A stretch of DNA of 64,000 nucleotides from Octopus bimaculoides (Eukaryota): NCBI RefSeq assembly GCF_001194135.2, contig NC_068982.1, positions 177,995,780 to 178,059,779 of the forward strand, in the 5' to 3' direction. Shown piece by piece: positions 12,042-23,634 of this stretch. How positions within the stretch are numbered: position 1 is the first letter of the stretch; every line of letters starts with the position of its first letter. The notes below the pieces were generated by a model that saw nothing but the letters and a program-made list of their open reading frames with translations, had not been told where the DNA came from and searched no databases. Made by a program: the position numbers and the translations under genes.

Positions 12042-13150
12042 GAGATAGATAGATAGATAGATAGATAGATATAAAAGATAAGCAAAAATGAAAATGCCAC
12101 TTTTTAAAAAATTGAGTGTTTTAATTGATTTATATTACAGGTTTCGGTTTTTTTGAAAAACCTTATGAAAAATGAGTATAAAATATGTGAGAAGAGAAGA
12201 GGGCTATTAATAAAATAAAATTGAAATTAAAATTAAGAATAACATTCATAGTTTACTGTTATTTCTTGCATGCGCACGTGGTCCGTGGTCCTTTCGTTCT
12301 GTTCTGGAGGCATGGTAAGTTCAACTCACTGCGATAGTAAATTACTACTATCTGTTTTTGTAAATTAAATAGTGGTCAAGACTTGGTTTCTAGGAGTGGC
12401 TGTAGCTGTTGAATAATCAGCAGCAGTAATAATAATAATAGCAGTAGTCATCATAGTGAAGTTGTTCCCCCTGTGGTGTGATGGTATTGGGATGTGGGGG
12501 GGAGCAATGGTGGAATGTGGGTTAGGCTGAGGGTGGGGNNNNNNNNNNNNNNNNNNNNNNNNNNNNNNNNNNNNNNNNNNNNNNNNNNNNNNNNNNNNNN
12601 NNNNNNNNNNNNNNNNNNNNNNNNNNNNNNNNNNNNNNNNNNNNNNNNNNNNNNNNNNNNNNNNNNNNNNNNNNNNNNNNNNNNNNNNNNNNNNNNNNNN
12701 NNNNNNNNNNNNNNNNNNNNNNNNNNNNNNNNNNNNNNNNNNNNNNNNNNNNNNNNNNNNNNNNNNNNNNNNNNNNNNNNNNNNNNNNNNNNNNNNNNNN
12801 NNNNNNNNNNNNNNNNNNNNNNNNNNNNNNNNNNNNNNNNNNNNNNNNNNNNNNNNNNNNNNNNNNNNNNNNNNNNNNNNNNNNNNNNNNNNNNNNNNNN
12901 NNNNNNNNNNNNNNNNNNNNNNNNNNNNTATATATATATATATATATATGCATACACACACACACACATTTATGTATACTTAATGCTACCTACCTCAATC
13001 ACAATCACCTGTTAGGTGAAACTCAATGAGACTGTAATTTTTTAATATAATAAACATTCATACAAGTTTCAATGTATATATGACAAAAAAGAAAAAAATT
13101 AACAATTCCTGCATATAATCACTACTTCTTTCTTTATTTTTTTTCTTCAG

Positions 13151-13234
13151 TCATTTCCAAGAAATCTCTTCAACTGCCTTTCTCTATTATCATTCCTTCT
13201 GCATGACTTCTGCAAATCCAAAGGCTTCTGCCAG
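13151..13234 (+). CDS. SMCR8: SMCR8-like coding exon
   Basis: TTTTCTTCAG|...CAG|GTATGT; 84 nt, SHFQEISSTAFLYYHSFCMTSANPKASA, cf. SMCR8 SMLTQLCSKAFLYTFC. Confidence 0.85.
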
Positions 13235-13756
13235 GTATGTTATTTCCCATGTATACATTTTTCTCAAACATATTTCTTTTAATGTAGGTGCAGATATGTA
13301 ACTCTTTAGTAAGTTAGGGGTTGCCTGTCTATGCAGTTGAAGACTGGATCTTGCAGACATTGCTGTAAGAATAGCCTTCATGGTTCAGCAGAGTGTGGTG
13401 AGCAAGATGAGGCAAGTAAAACATTTTTATCATCCACTGCATCTGTCTCCATCTCCTGTCATCTTGGCCTGGTCTTGCCACTGGATTGAAGATGATCAAG
13501 GACAAGAGAGTGAGGGTGATGCTGTGCAATTCTTCTTCGTTTTAAGTAAAGTCACTGCACAAATCATCAGTCATCTCTCAGGATGACTTGACAGTCCTCA
13601 CTGCCCCAAAGGATAAACATAACGACTGTGTCTGGAAATGAACTTAGGAACCTTTCTTTTATTCAGAGCAAAACTCCTGCTGAGAAAGTTAAATTCCATA
13701 AAAATTCTTACTGTTTTTAATGTCTGTAACCTTTTGTTTCTTGTTTGTTTTAACAG

Positions 13757-13856
13757 CTACATTGGCCTTGACAGATTAGCAAGAGAGTTTCGAGACACAT
13801 CGCAACAGTTTCTAAAAACTTGGAATATTGTTCAAGATGATCGAAAAATTATTGAG
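13757..13856 (+). CDS. SMCR8: SMCR8-like coding exon
   Basis: TTTAACAG|...GAG|GTTTGT; 100 nt, SYIGLDRLAREFRDTSQQFLKTWNIVQDDRKIIE. Confidence 0.85.
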
Positions 13857-14013
13857 GTTTGTTTGATTTTTCTATTTAACTTTCCTGTTAGTTTCAGTTT
13901 TCAATGATAATAATTACAGGCTTTGAGATGTATTTACATTTCTCTATATGTAGAAAAATAAAGCTTTAGCAGTATAATTACTTTGAAACAATAACTAATA
14001 AGAGAGTGAAAGA

Positions 14014-16270
14014 TCATCATCATTTTTTAATTTCTCTCTTTTATGCTGGTTTGGGCTGGGTGGTTTGACAGGACCTGACAGGTTCAAGGTCTACATCATG
14101 CTCCAATGTCTATTGTGACATAGTTTCTATATCTGGATGCCCTTCCTAACACCATTCACTTTATAGTGTGCACCAGCAGCTTTTCTTTCATGGTAGCAAT
14201 AGTGAGGTCACCATGCAGTTTGTAAGGCTAAGACCTCTTTGACTGTGTTGGGCTACAGTAGAAGGTGGCCATATGTTAAGTGATGAGAGGTTAAAGTTTA
14301 AAAGAAGGGGCAAGAACAGAACAAGATTTTTGCTTTAGAGGAGCTACATGACTACTCACATTATATCAGGTCATCCCGTAAGTTCTGTCCGAATTTTGAA
14401 TAAAGAAAACAAGTGATCAAATGTTATATTTAATTGAAATTTGATCATCAATGTACTTTCTCTGATTATCAATGACTTCATTCCATCTATTTACAAGCTT
14501 TTTAATCTCATCAATGTAAAACTCTTTTGGTTTCAAAGCGAAGAACTCTGAAATGTCAGTTTCGACCTCCTTCTGTCTTGCGAAAGTTACATCCCCCAAA
14601 TGATTCTATAAACTACGAAACAAATGGTAGTCTGAAGGAGCAAGGTCGGGAGAATAAGGTGGATGAGGAATTTTTTCCTAACCAAGCTCTTCGATCTTCT
14701 GTGATGTGATCTTTGCAGTGTGGGTTTGCGCATTGTCCTGATGAAACATCTCTCCTTTTTGATTCACTAAAGCGGGTCTTTTTTCTTCAAAGCTTGGTTC
14801 AAACACTCTAATTGCTGACAGTAGACTTGAGCATTGATTGTTGCATTAGGTGGTAACAATTCAAAGTGAATTACTCCTTTGCAATCCCACCAGATAGAGA
14901 GAAGAACCTTTTTCCCATGAAGTTCCCTTTTCGGTTGTGGTTGAGCTTTTTCCCTTTTATCAAGCCACTGTTTACGACATTTAACATTTCGATAGAAGAT
15001 CCATTTTTCGTCACCAGTCACAAGTCTATCCAAAAAGGGTGAAATGAGTTCACAAGAATGGAGAGAAGAGCAGATATCAATTCAGGATTTGCAGTTGCTT
15101 TTGGACAATTCATGAGTCACCCATTTTCCAAGTTTAGGAACCTTTCCAAGTTGTTGAAAATGACAATGAACAGTTGTATGGTTTGAACTAAGCTTTATTG
15201 CCAATTCTTCAACTGATAATACAGGATTTTCTTCAAGTAATGCCTCAAGGAGCTTATCACCAAACTCAACTGGATGTTCTGTTCGACCTTCATCTTCAAG
15301 GCTGAAATTTCCACTTCTGAATTTTGCAAAACATCTTCTGCAAGTTCTTGCATTCAAACATTCTTTCCCATAAACTGAGTGTATGTTTCGAGTCGCTTCG
15401 GCTGCAGAGTTTCCTTTTTTGTACTCATAAAGCATTAAGTGCCTTAAATGCTCTTTGGACACTTCCATGTTAGAAAGAGTTTTAATCAAAGAAATTTTAA
15501 TTCTATTATTCTGTAAGATAATATTTAATTAGTTTAAATGTACACAAATGCATAAAAATAATTTTTAATTCCATTAGACATTCTAAAATACTATTAAATT
15601 ACATTCAATTTTAAAAAAGGTAAAATCGGACAGAACTTATAGGATGACCTGATAGAAGAGAGGGTGATAGTGGAACCAGAATGTGAGACAAAGTAGTATT
15701 GATGAAGTGTCAGGTGAACCCTGAAAATACAAGAAGGTGAATAGAAAAGGGAATAGAAGAACAGGAAGTGAGGATGGGTAGAGGTTGCAAAAATATATGG
15801 AAAAAGTGAGAGCTGGTTAGATATGAAGATATGAAGACAAGGATTTGTGAGTGATTGATCATAAATAGACAGGGGAAAGTAGGGAAGAGTAGGTGATGAC
15901 TGTAGAGATTGGGTAGGTTGAGAGGTGCATGTATTGAATGGTGGACAATGGTAGAGGGGTGATGGATGATATATATGAGATGGAGGGAAAGTAGGGGAGA
16001 GTAGGTGATGACTGACTGTACAGAAAGGTGCAAGAGTAGCAAAATAGAAATAATAATACAATACACAGAGAAAGAATGTGTGAGAGGGAGATGACGTATG
16101 GGTGGGTACAGAGGAGAGGCACACAAAGTATGTATGGGAAAGTGTGACTTGTATGGTAGTTGAGAAGGAGAGTTCATTTGGTAGCACAGAAGGATAATCA
16201 ATGTAATATGTTAGTGGAGAGGGACAATATTAAGAATTAAAGTTAGAGGATAAGTAAAGTGGTTCTGAGA
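14014..16270 (-). mobile_element. RTE 3' UTR remnant (purine tract plus CAT tail) split by the mariner
   Basis: CATCATCAT tail at 14014, repeat body to 14363, GA-rich tract resumes at 15655; same layout as + strand copy 52400-53510. Confidence 0.55.
14364..15654 (-). mobile_element. Full-length mariner transposon, inactive
   Basis: TIRs TATCAGGTCATCC..TAAGTTCTGTCCGA at both ends with TA. Frameshifted transposase pieces: HTH (EATRNI), GKWVTHEL, VTGDEKW, KVLLSIWWD; ~1.29 kb. Confidence 0.93.
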
Positions 16271-17389
16271 AGTGAGAAAGATAAATGGTATTATAGAAAA
16301 AGATGATGAAATATGCAGTTATGAAGTTAATGGAACGATCAGTAGTACAAAAATCATGGGTAGTGGGGAAAGCTTGATGATGAAATTAGGCAATGGGCAC
16401 AGTTGCGTGTGTGTGTGTATCTTTAAAGAAATATTTTTACTATTAAAAATTATTAATTGTAATTTTAAAAAACCTTAAAAAAATACAAAATGACACAAAT
16501 CTTTTGGAAGTTTATGTATTATGTAAGTGCTTTCCCTGTTACAGCTTCTTGGGTGGATGTTGTATTTTAAGAAAGTTGTTTTTAGTAGTGATGTTGACTA
16601 TTTCTCGTTTAGTTTTGGATTTGGAATTCTAATAAAGTATTCATCTTTTGCTTTTCATATTTGATAATTTTCTTCCTTTATCTTGAAAATAGTGAATATT
16701 TTGCATCTTTCATTTGTACACATGTCTAGATGTTCACTGCATGAAACATTTCTAAGAGATGAATTATTGATTTGTTGCTTATTCACCCTAACCTGATGTA
16801 TCAATTTTGATTCTCATTGCACTATGGATATATGATGCAGTAAATGAGACATTTTGTTTTGCAATTTATCTTTGCATTAACCTTCAATTCCTTTGCAATC
16901 TTGAATTTTTTGGTTTTGGCCTGTTCAGTTGTTTTACATGTTTTGGCTTGTTCATTTATTTTACTGATATGAATTTTGCATTTGTTAAGAGTCTAAAGAT
17001 TTGGTAGTTGTATTTGGGTGTTGATAATTTCTGATAATTAAATTTTTTTTCTGAGATTTGATGATTAGTATAGAATTGGAATTTATTGTTTGGCAGAATG
17101 TAAGATGCCATGGTTTCTGGGATTTGGGGTAACTAAAAATGGAATATTTATGTTTTTTGTCTTCACTCTGTTAGAGTTTCTTGTAGGATCTCTTTTACTT
17201 TATTTACAGTATAATTTACTGGGTATTTTTTTGAGTATTTTTGTTTAGAACATCCTTATCTGTTACTAATTAGGTCACATAGATAATAGAAGTTTTGAGC
17301 TACCTCTAGAGATCCTTCTGGGTATTTAAGAAAATCTGTTTGCTGTGCTCTCTTAATGCTTCATAGTCTACTTTCTCTGTTAACCTATA

Positions 17390-18900
17390 ATAATGAGGAC
17401 ATCAGCATAAAGGAGTTCCCATGGCTAACTGGTCTTAAACCCTTTTGTTTTGATCTGGAGGACTATGATGAATAGAAGGGGACTAAGAACTGAGCCTTGA
17501 TGGATCCTACTTGTACACTAAACTCATAGCTGTACTCATCATTAACTCTCACCTTACAGATAGCATCCCTGTACATGACTTGCATTATTCTTGTAAGCCA
17601 TTCAAAAAATAAATAATAATGATAGATGCTGTGATTGATTTTTTTTTTAAACAAGCTTGGATATACCAATTTGATTAGTCGACCAGAGATACACAAAAGT
17701 GACATTTCAATATCTTTGGGCATAGAAAATGAAAACTCAGTTACCATACCTGCAATTGAAAATCTTGAATACCACACACCTCTGATCATGTCTCAGAAAA
17801 TGTGTAAACCACATAGTTTCTGCTTCTCTATTGGTTAAGTATTCCTTATGATGCTTGATGCTTAGCTTCTCTTCTAGCAACATTATATTGCTCTCTGCTG
17901 CCTCCTTTCTTCCAGTTTTTACAAGCCTGTCTCATTGCTTTTATGCCTCTGTCTACTTCACTGTTCCAACACAACATTGCCTTCAGTCTGAGATCTTGCA
18001 GCAACCACAAAATGGATGAATAGCTCTCAGTAGATTAAGTCTCTATTTTTATATTTCTGTCATAGGCATAATTAGAACTTCTCTGAATCAGTGACCAACT
18101 GAGGGCACTTTTAGCTTCCGTTTCCAAATTGTTTTTTTTGCTTCTGAGTCTGCCTTGCTCTTACTCTGAGATCACAAATTTAATGACATGTGCATTCTTC
18201 ATCAGAAAAAGGCTTGATCATCATCATCAGAATGTACCGACAGGCGACCGCTAAGTTGTTCGCCCAGCATGCTAACATTTCTCACAAATCTAATTTGACA
18301 TGTGCATGAGCGTGGCCGTTGCCAGTACCGCCTGACTGGCTCCCGTAGGATTTTCGAGCGAGATCGTTGCCAGTGCCCCTGGACTGGCTTGTGCGGGTGG
18401 CACATAAAAGACACCATTTCGAGCGTGGCCGTTTTCGTGTGGGTGACACGTAAAAGCACCCACTACACTCTCTGAGTGGTTGGCGTTAGGAAGGGCATCC
18501 AGCTGTAGAAACTCTGCCAAATTAGACTGAAGCCTGGTGTTGCCATCCAGTTTCACCAGTCCTCAGTCAAATCGTCCAACCCATGCTAGCATGGAAAGCG
18601 GACGTTAAACGATGATGATGATGATGATGATTCTTCATCAGAGAAAGGCTTGATACATATACAACAATTTACCTATCCTGCTTTCAGGTGAGAATAGAAT
18701 GTATTGACTACAGTGCTAACCTGATTGATAAGAGAACAGTTGGCTGGCCAGTTTCCTGAAATTTGTATCACACATGGTTAGGTCATATGTATCACAGAAT
18801 TCCAGGAGTCTTGATTCCTTCTCATTCCTTATAACATATTCATAATCTCCATACACACCAGAGAAGCCATCTTAGTGTTGTTCAATATGTTCTTAAAATC
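17390..18900 (-). mobile_element. Degenerate RTE LINE RT fragments
   Basis: ORF 17463-17789 contains MQVMYRDAICKVRVNDEYSYEFSVQVGS, typical of RTE RT; interrupted by younger insert at 18219. Confidence 0.6.
18219..18630 (+). mobile_element. Young RTE 3' end with chimeric 5' junction and ~24-bp TSD
   Basis: TTCTTCATCAGA(A/G)AAAGGCTTGAT at 18195-18218 and 18631-18654; (GAT)n tail. Confidence 0.85.
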
Positions 18901-19432
18901 TCCAGCAGTGATAATGAAGTCACTTTCATTTGTAGTTGAGGCTAGTCAACAGGAGGGCCTCATAAAGGCAGTTCTTTCATTTATGTGCCTCTCCTGACTG
19001 TGATGTATATGTTGAGATGTTTGTCACTGTTGTTTTTGACTAGCTTAAGCATAATTATCCTATTCCATACTCTGACTTTTTCAATTATCTCTTAATATTA
19101 CCTTTATTAACAGAATATTGCTTATCAGTGTTTTAAAAATTAATTTTTAGTTAATGAGCTTTCATATAGAGACTGTTGACATTCTGTCTATTGAATGTAA
19201 AATTATGTTCATTCTGGAAATGCCTTACCCTAAAATAATCCATATAGTGTTGATTATTTGGTGCTGGTGTTGCACCATCAGAAAGTTACAGCTATACAAG
19301 AAATCACGTTCAGTTATTTGTTGTCAAAAAAGTAGCAGTTTGTTTCTACCACAGTAGTTTTTACTACAGACTATTAAACACAAGATGAAAAAAATCATAG
19401 ATTCTTATGCTTTTGTGCTTTTTTTTTTTCAG

Positions 19433-19505
19433 TTTCTTGCAAGTTTAATTTTGAAACAGGTTCTAGAGGAAGCACAGGAAAAGGGAGCTTGGATAGGAAA
19501 TAAAG
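19433..19505 (+). CDS. SMCR8: SMCR8-like coding exon
   Basis: T-rich tract then CAG|...AAAG|GTAAAT; 73 nt, FLASLILKQVLEEAQEKGAWIGNK. DDRKIIEFLASLI parallels SMCR8 EDVRVVQYLAELL. Confidence 0.82.
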
Positions 19506-19989
19506 GTAAATAATTTTATATATACATCCACTCAGCTTATTGTCAGTCTTTTGATTTACACAATCATACAGAATATGATTGATGTTTTAAATTTTTAATG
19601 GCGATAAAGAGTTTTTAAAATATATTAGTTCTTGCACTTTTCAAACTAAGTTATTATTTCATCACAGTATTTATTTTTTTACTCCTGCTGGAACATACTC
19701 CTAATCAAATTATAAGAGTTGTTGACTGTAACAAGATTTTGAAGATGAAATGATAATTAAAGAAGTCCTTAGGGACTCATTATAAGTTGAAAATGCTATA
19801 TTACTCAACGTTATCATAAATTATGATAATAGACATCTGAAATCTTGTTATTGTGAATAAGAAAGTAGGACAAGATATGAGTAGAGTGAAAAGTAGACAG
19901 TGTTGTTAGCATAATACTAGTGTATGTAATGAAATGGCATGAGGAAGTCAGCACAGAACTAAAAGCTTTTTACCAGTTAGTTGTCTTTC

Positions 19990-20325
19990 ACCACTGAGCT
20001 ATGTGCCTTCACATGTTTGAGAGTCAGGCTTACAGTCATGAGGTTGTGAGTTCGATTCCTGGACTGGGCTGTGTGTTGTGTTCTTGAGCAAGACACTTTA
20101 TTTCATGTTGCTCCAGTTCATTCAGCTGTAGAAATGAGTTGTAACATCACTAGTACCAAGATTTATTAGCCTTTGCCTTTCTCTAGGACAACATCACTGA
20201 GGGGAGATTGGTATGCATGTGCTCTTCCACAAACAAGCTTGCCCAGACTTGTGCCTTGGAGGGGAACTTTCTAGATGCAATCCCATGGTCATTTATGACC
20301 GAAAGGGGTCTTTACTCTTTACTCT
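19990..20325 (+). mobile_element. tRNA-derived SINE (family C)
   Basis: Homologous to 7670-7990 (GGACTGGGCTGTGTGTTGTG...GAGCAAGACACTTTATTTC). Confidence 0.65.
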
Positions 20326-20531
20326 GTCTTAACCTGAGAGTCATCAAATTACTTGCCAGGTGACAAAAGAGGAGAGTACAAGACAAGCAAAGAGAGTAAC
20401 ATGACACCCTCTTTGGATACAGATCAAGTGAAGAGAGTACAGGTCAAGAGTTGAAGCTACATATCAGGTGATTGTAACAGTTTATTTCCATACTATGGAA
20501 TATTATGTTTAGGTCTATATTGTATTCTATT

Positions 20532-20922
20532 GTGGAGGCACAGTGGCCCAGTGGTTAGGGCAGCGGACTCGCGGTCATAGGATTGCAGTTTCGATTCTCA
20601 GACTGGGCGTTGTGAGTGTTTATTGAGTGAAAACACCTAAAAGCTCCACGAGGCTCCAGCAGGGGATGGTGGCGAACCCTGCTGTACTCTTTCACCACAA
20701 CTTTCTCTCCCTCTTACTTCCTGTTTCTGTTGTGCCTGTAATTCAAAGGGCCAGCCTTGTCACACTGTGTCACGCTGAATATCCCCGAGAACTACGTTAA
20801 GGGTACACGTGTCTGTGGAGTGCTCAGACACTTGCACGTTAATTTCACGAGCAGGCTGTTCCGTTGATCGGATCAACTGGAACCCTCGACGTCGTAAGCG
20901 ACGGAGTGCCAACAACAACAAA
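20532..20922 (+). mobile_element. tRNA-derived SINE (family A), full length
   Basis: Near-identical to 4832 copy; TSD TGTATTCTAT at 20521-20530 and 20923-20932. Confidence 0.88.
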
Positions 20923-21067
20923 TGTATTCTATATTTGTGTTTTTACTACAATGTTTTTGCATCTTTTCATGTTTCCAGACTTCTAGAATTTGTTGCAGTG
21001 GTCTGAACACAGAATAGACAGCAAGTCTTATTTAATTCTGCTTTTGATTATTTAAATCAATATATTG

Positions 21068-21227
21068 TTAGGAAGGGCATCCAGTTAGGAAGGGCATCCA
21101 ACTGTAGAAACTCTGCCAAATTAGATTGGAGCCTGGTGTTGCCATCCGGTTTCACCAGTCCTCAGTCAAATCGTCCAACCCATGCTAGCATGGAAAGCGC
21201 ACGTTAAACGATGATGATGATGATGAT
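21068..21227 (+). mobile_element. RTE 3' end, (GAT)n tail
   Basis: TTAGGAAGGGCATCCA duplicated at the 5' junction; body nearly identical to 2658 and 63770 copies. Confidence 0.8.
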
Positions 21228-21675
21228 ATTGTCTTTGCATAGGCTAAGATACCTGACTGGTAATAAACACACATCAGAACTGCAAGAAGCAGGAAGACAA
21301 ATGTTCTATTAGCTTGCAATATTATCCATAGTTATGAGTTTGAAAATAGCAGCAGAAAGTCGTTCTAGTGTATTTGTGCTAAGAAATTGAGGATACCTTT
21401 GACAATTTAGTTTCTTAACCACTTAGCATTCTAATTAGCCAGTCAAAGAAATGATTATTTATTCACATTCTTTTGAATTAATCATTCATTATCCTATGGC
21501 TTTGATATTATGGTTGTTTATTTTTGAATAACATTGTAGAGTAAGTGTGAGAGGCTGGATATGGCCAGTGGTAGAATATTTTGACTGGTTTATATGCTAA
21601 AGGGTTAAGTGTTTTAAATTTAATCTAAGATAATTGGATAAAAAGAAATATGGTTTTGCTAACCCAGCAGATTAA

Positions 21676-22202
21676 CCTTTTAGCATTTAAACCAACTGTA
21701 TCAGGCCAGAATATTCTACCTGTTTTATGTTCAAACCAACCAGATCTTGCCTCTCACACCTACCCAATAATCATCATCATCGTTTAACGTCCGCTTTCCA
21801 TGCTAGCATGGGTTGGACGATTTGACTGAGGACTGGTGAAACCAGATGGCTACACCAGGCTCCAATCTGATTTGGCAGAGTTTCTACAGCTGGATGCCCT
21901 TCCTAACGCCAACCACTCAGAGAGTATAGTAGGTGCTTTTACGTGTCACCCGCACGAAGGCTAGTCAGGCGGTACTGGCAACGGCCACGCTCAAAATGGT
22001 GTATTTTATGTGCCACCAGCACAAGAGCCAATCCGGGGGCACTGGCAACAATCTCTACGAAGGCCAGTCAGGCAGTCTCATTCTAAAAATTAAGTGATAT
22101 CATCAAATTCTCAAAGCTATGAGATAATGTATATGATTAAATTCAAAACAATGTGAATGAATAAGCATTACATTTGACAGGATAATCTGAAATGCTAAAG
22201 GG
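21676..22202. mobile_element. TTAA-flanked MITE (piggyBac-type), interrupted by RTE end
   Basis: TTAA|CCTTTTAGCATT ... AATGCTAAAGGG|TTAA. Confidence 0.7.
21771..22075 (-). mobile_element. RTE 3' end, inverted
   Basis: CATCATCATCGTTTAACGTCCGCTTTCCATG start; ~60-bp subrepeats at its 5' side. Confidence 0.82.
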
Positions 22203-22562
22203 TTAAATTCTGTGAATTACGAAATCAAGTGTAATTTAAGCAGAGAAATAGTTTCACCTAATATTGTTGACTGTTGACAGCAATAGTTCAGGAAAGGTGA
22301 GGGCTGGGAATCAATATTCCAGCAGTGCACTGTCACACAAAGTATTGCTACAACAGTTCATTGCCACAGCTGTGAAGTAGAGGTCATTTTATTTGTCTTT
22401 ATAACTATCTTTGCCTCAATAACATTGGATAAGAAAGTTAAATGTAAAACTATTCAGTTAAAATTCTTAAATCTATTAGACTATACGCTTAATTCATAAA
22501 AGAATATCTGATATAAGTTTTCATTTCAATATATATATATTTATTTATTTATTATCTTCCAG

Positions 22563-22621
22563 ACGGTTCCAATCGCTCATTCCATGTCTCCTACAAACCA
22601 AGCTGTACACGGAAATGTTGA
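22563..22621 (+). CDS. SMCR8: SMCR8-like terminal coding exon
   Basis: TCTTCCAG| then DGSNRSFHVSYKPSCTRKC-TGA; resembles SMCR8 end (RFDYVPSFLYKI). AATAAA near 22737. Confidence 0.8.
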
Positions 22622-23174
22622 CAACACATATGGACTTAATCTTTTATAATACAATGTATAGAAGACTTTTCTCCCTAGCTGCTTTGATTGGATTAATGCA
22701 GTTATTTAACATATGTAAAAAACCAAAAAACAAAAAAAAATAAATATTAAAAAGAAAATTCTTCTTTTTTAAATTTGTCAAAGAAATGATTTACTCAAAC
22801 ATTTAATTTCAGCGAAGCAGATTATTTAAATGCCTTTTCTGTTGCTTCTATGTAAACATTAACTTGTCAACAGCTGTAACACTTATTGTTACCATAAACT
22901 CTAGGGAGATACTGGTAATTTTCAAAATGCATTTTTTTTCCCTCCCAGCATTTATTTCATTTTTATCATGGAAATGAATATGCTGGTATTAAAGAGTTCA
23001 TCATCATCATTATTTAGCATCCATTTTTCCATGCTTGCATGGCTCAGACAGAATTTATTGAGGCAGATTTCTATGGCCAGATGCCTTTCCTGTTGCTAAC
23101 CTTCATTTGGTGATGTTTTGGTTAATGAAATAGAAATTACTGCAGTTACTGAATGGAGAAAAAATAAAATTTTA

Positions 23175-23552
23175 CGGTAGTTGCTATGCGGTAGGAAGTT
23201 TGCTTCCCAACCACATGGTTCTGGATTCAGTCCCACTGCGTGTGGTACCTTGGGCAAATGTCTTCTACTATTGCCTCGGGCCGACCAAAGCCCTGTGAGT
23301 GGATTTGGTAGATGGAAACTGAAAAAAGCCCATAATATATTTATATATATATGTATTTGTATGTCTGTGTTTGTCTTTCCACCATTGCTTGACAACTGAT
23401 GTTGGTGTGTTTCGTCCTCGTAACTTACCAGTTTCACAAAAGAGACCGATAGAATAAGTACTAGGTTTACAAAGAATAAATCCTGGGGTTGATTTGTTTG
23501 AGGTGGTGCTCCAGCATGGCTGCAATCAAATGACTGAAACAAGTAAAAGAAA
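23175..23552 (+). mobile_element. tRNA-derived SINE (family B)
   Basis: GCTTCCCAACCACATGG head, internal (TA)n, CAAATGACTGAAACAAGTAAAAGA end. Confidence 0.75.
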
Positions 23553-23634
23553 ATTAATAAACTTAAAGAACAAGTGAATCCAAAGCGTCAATAGAGATTT
23601 GCTGTTTCTAAACCATTGTTAGGTGACAATTACT

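Noticed and set aside
15594-16201. 163-197-aa minus-strand ORFs
   Set aside because: Low-complexity translation of the CT-rich RTE UTR tract.
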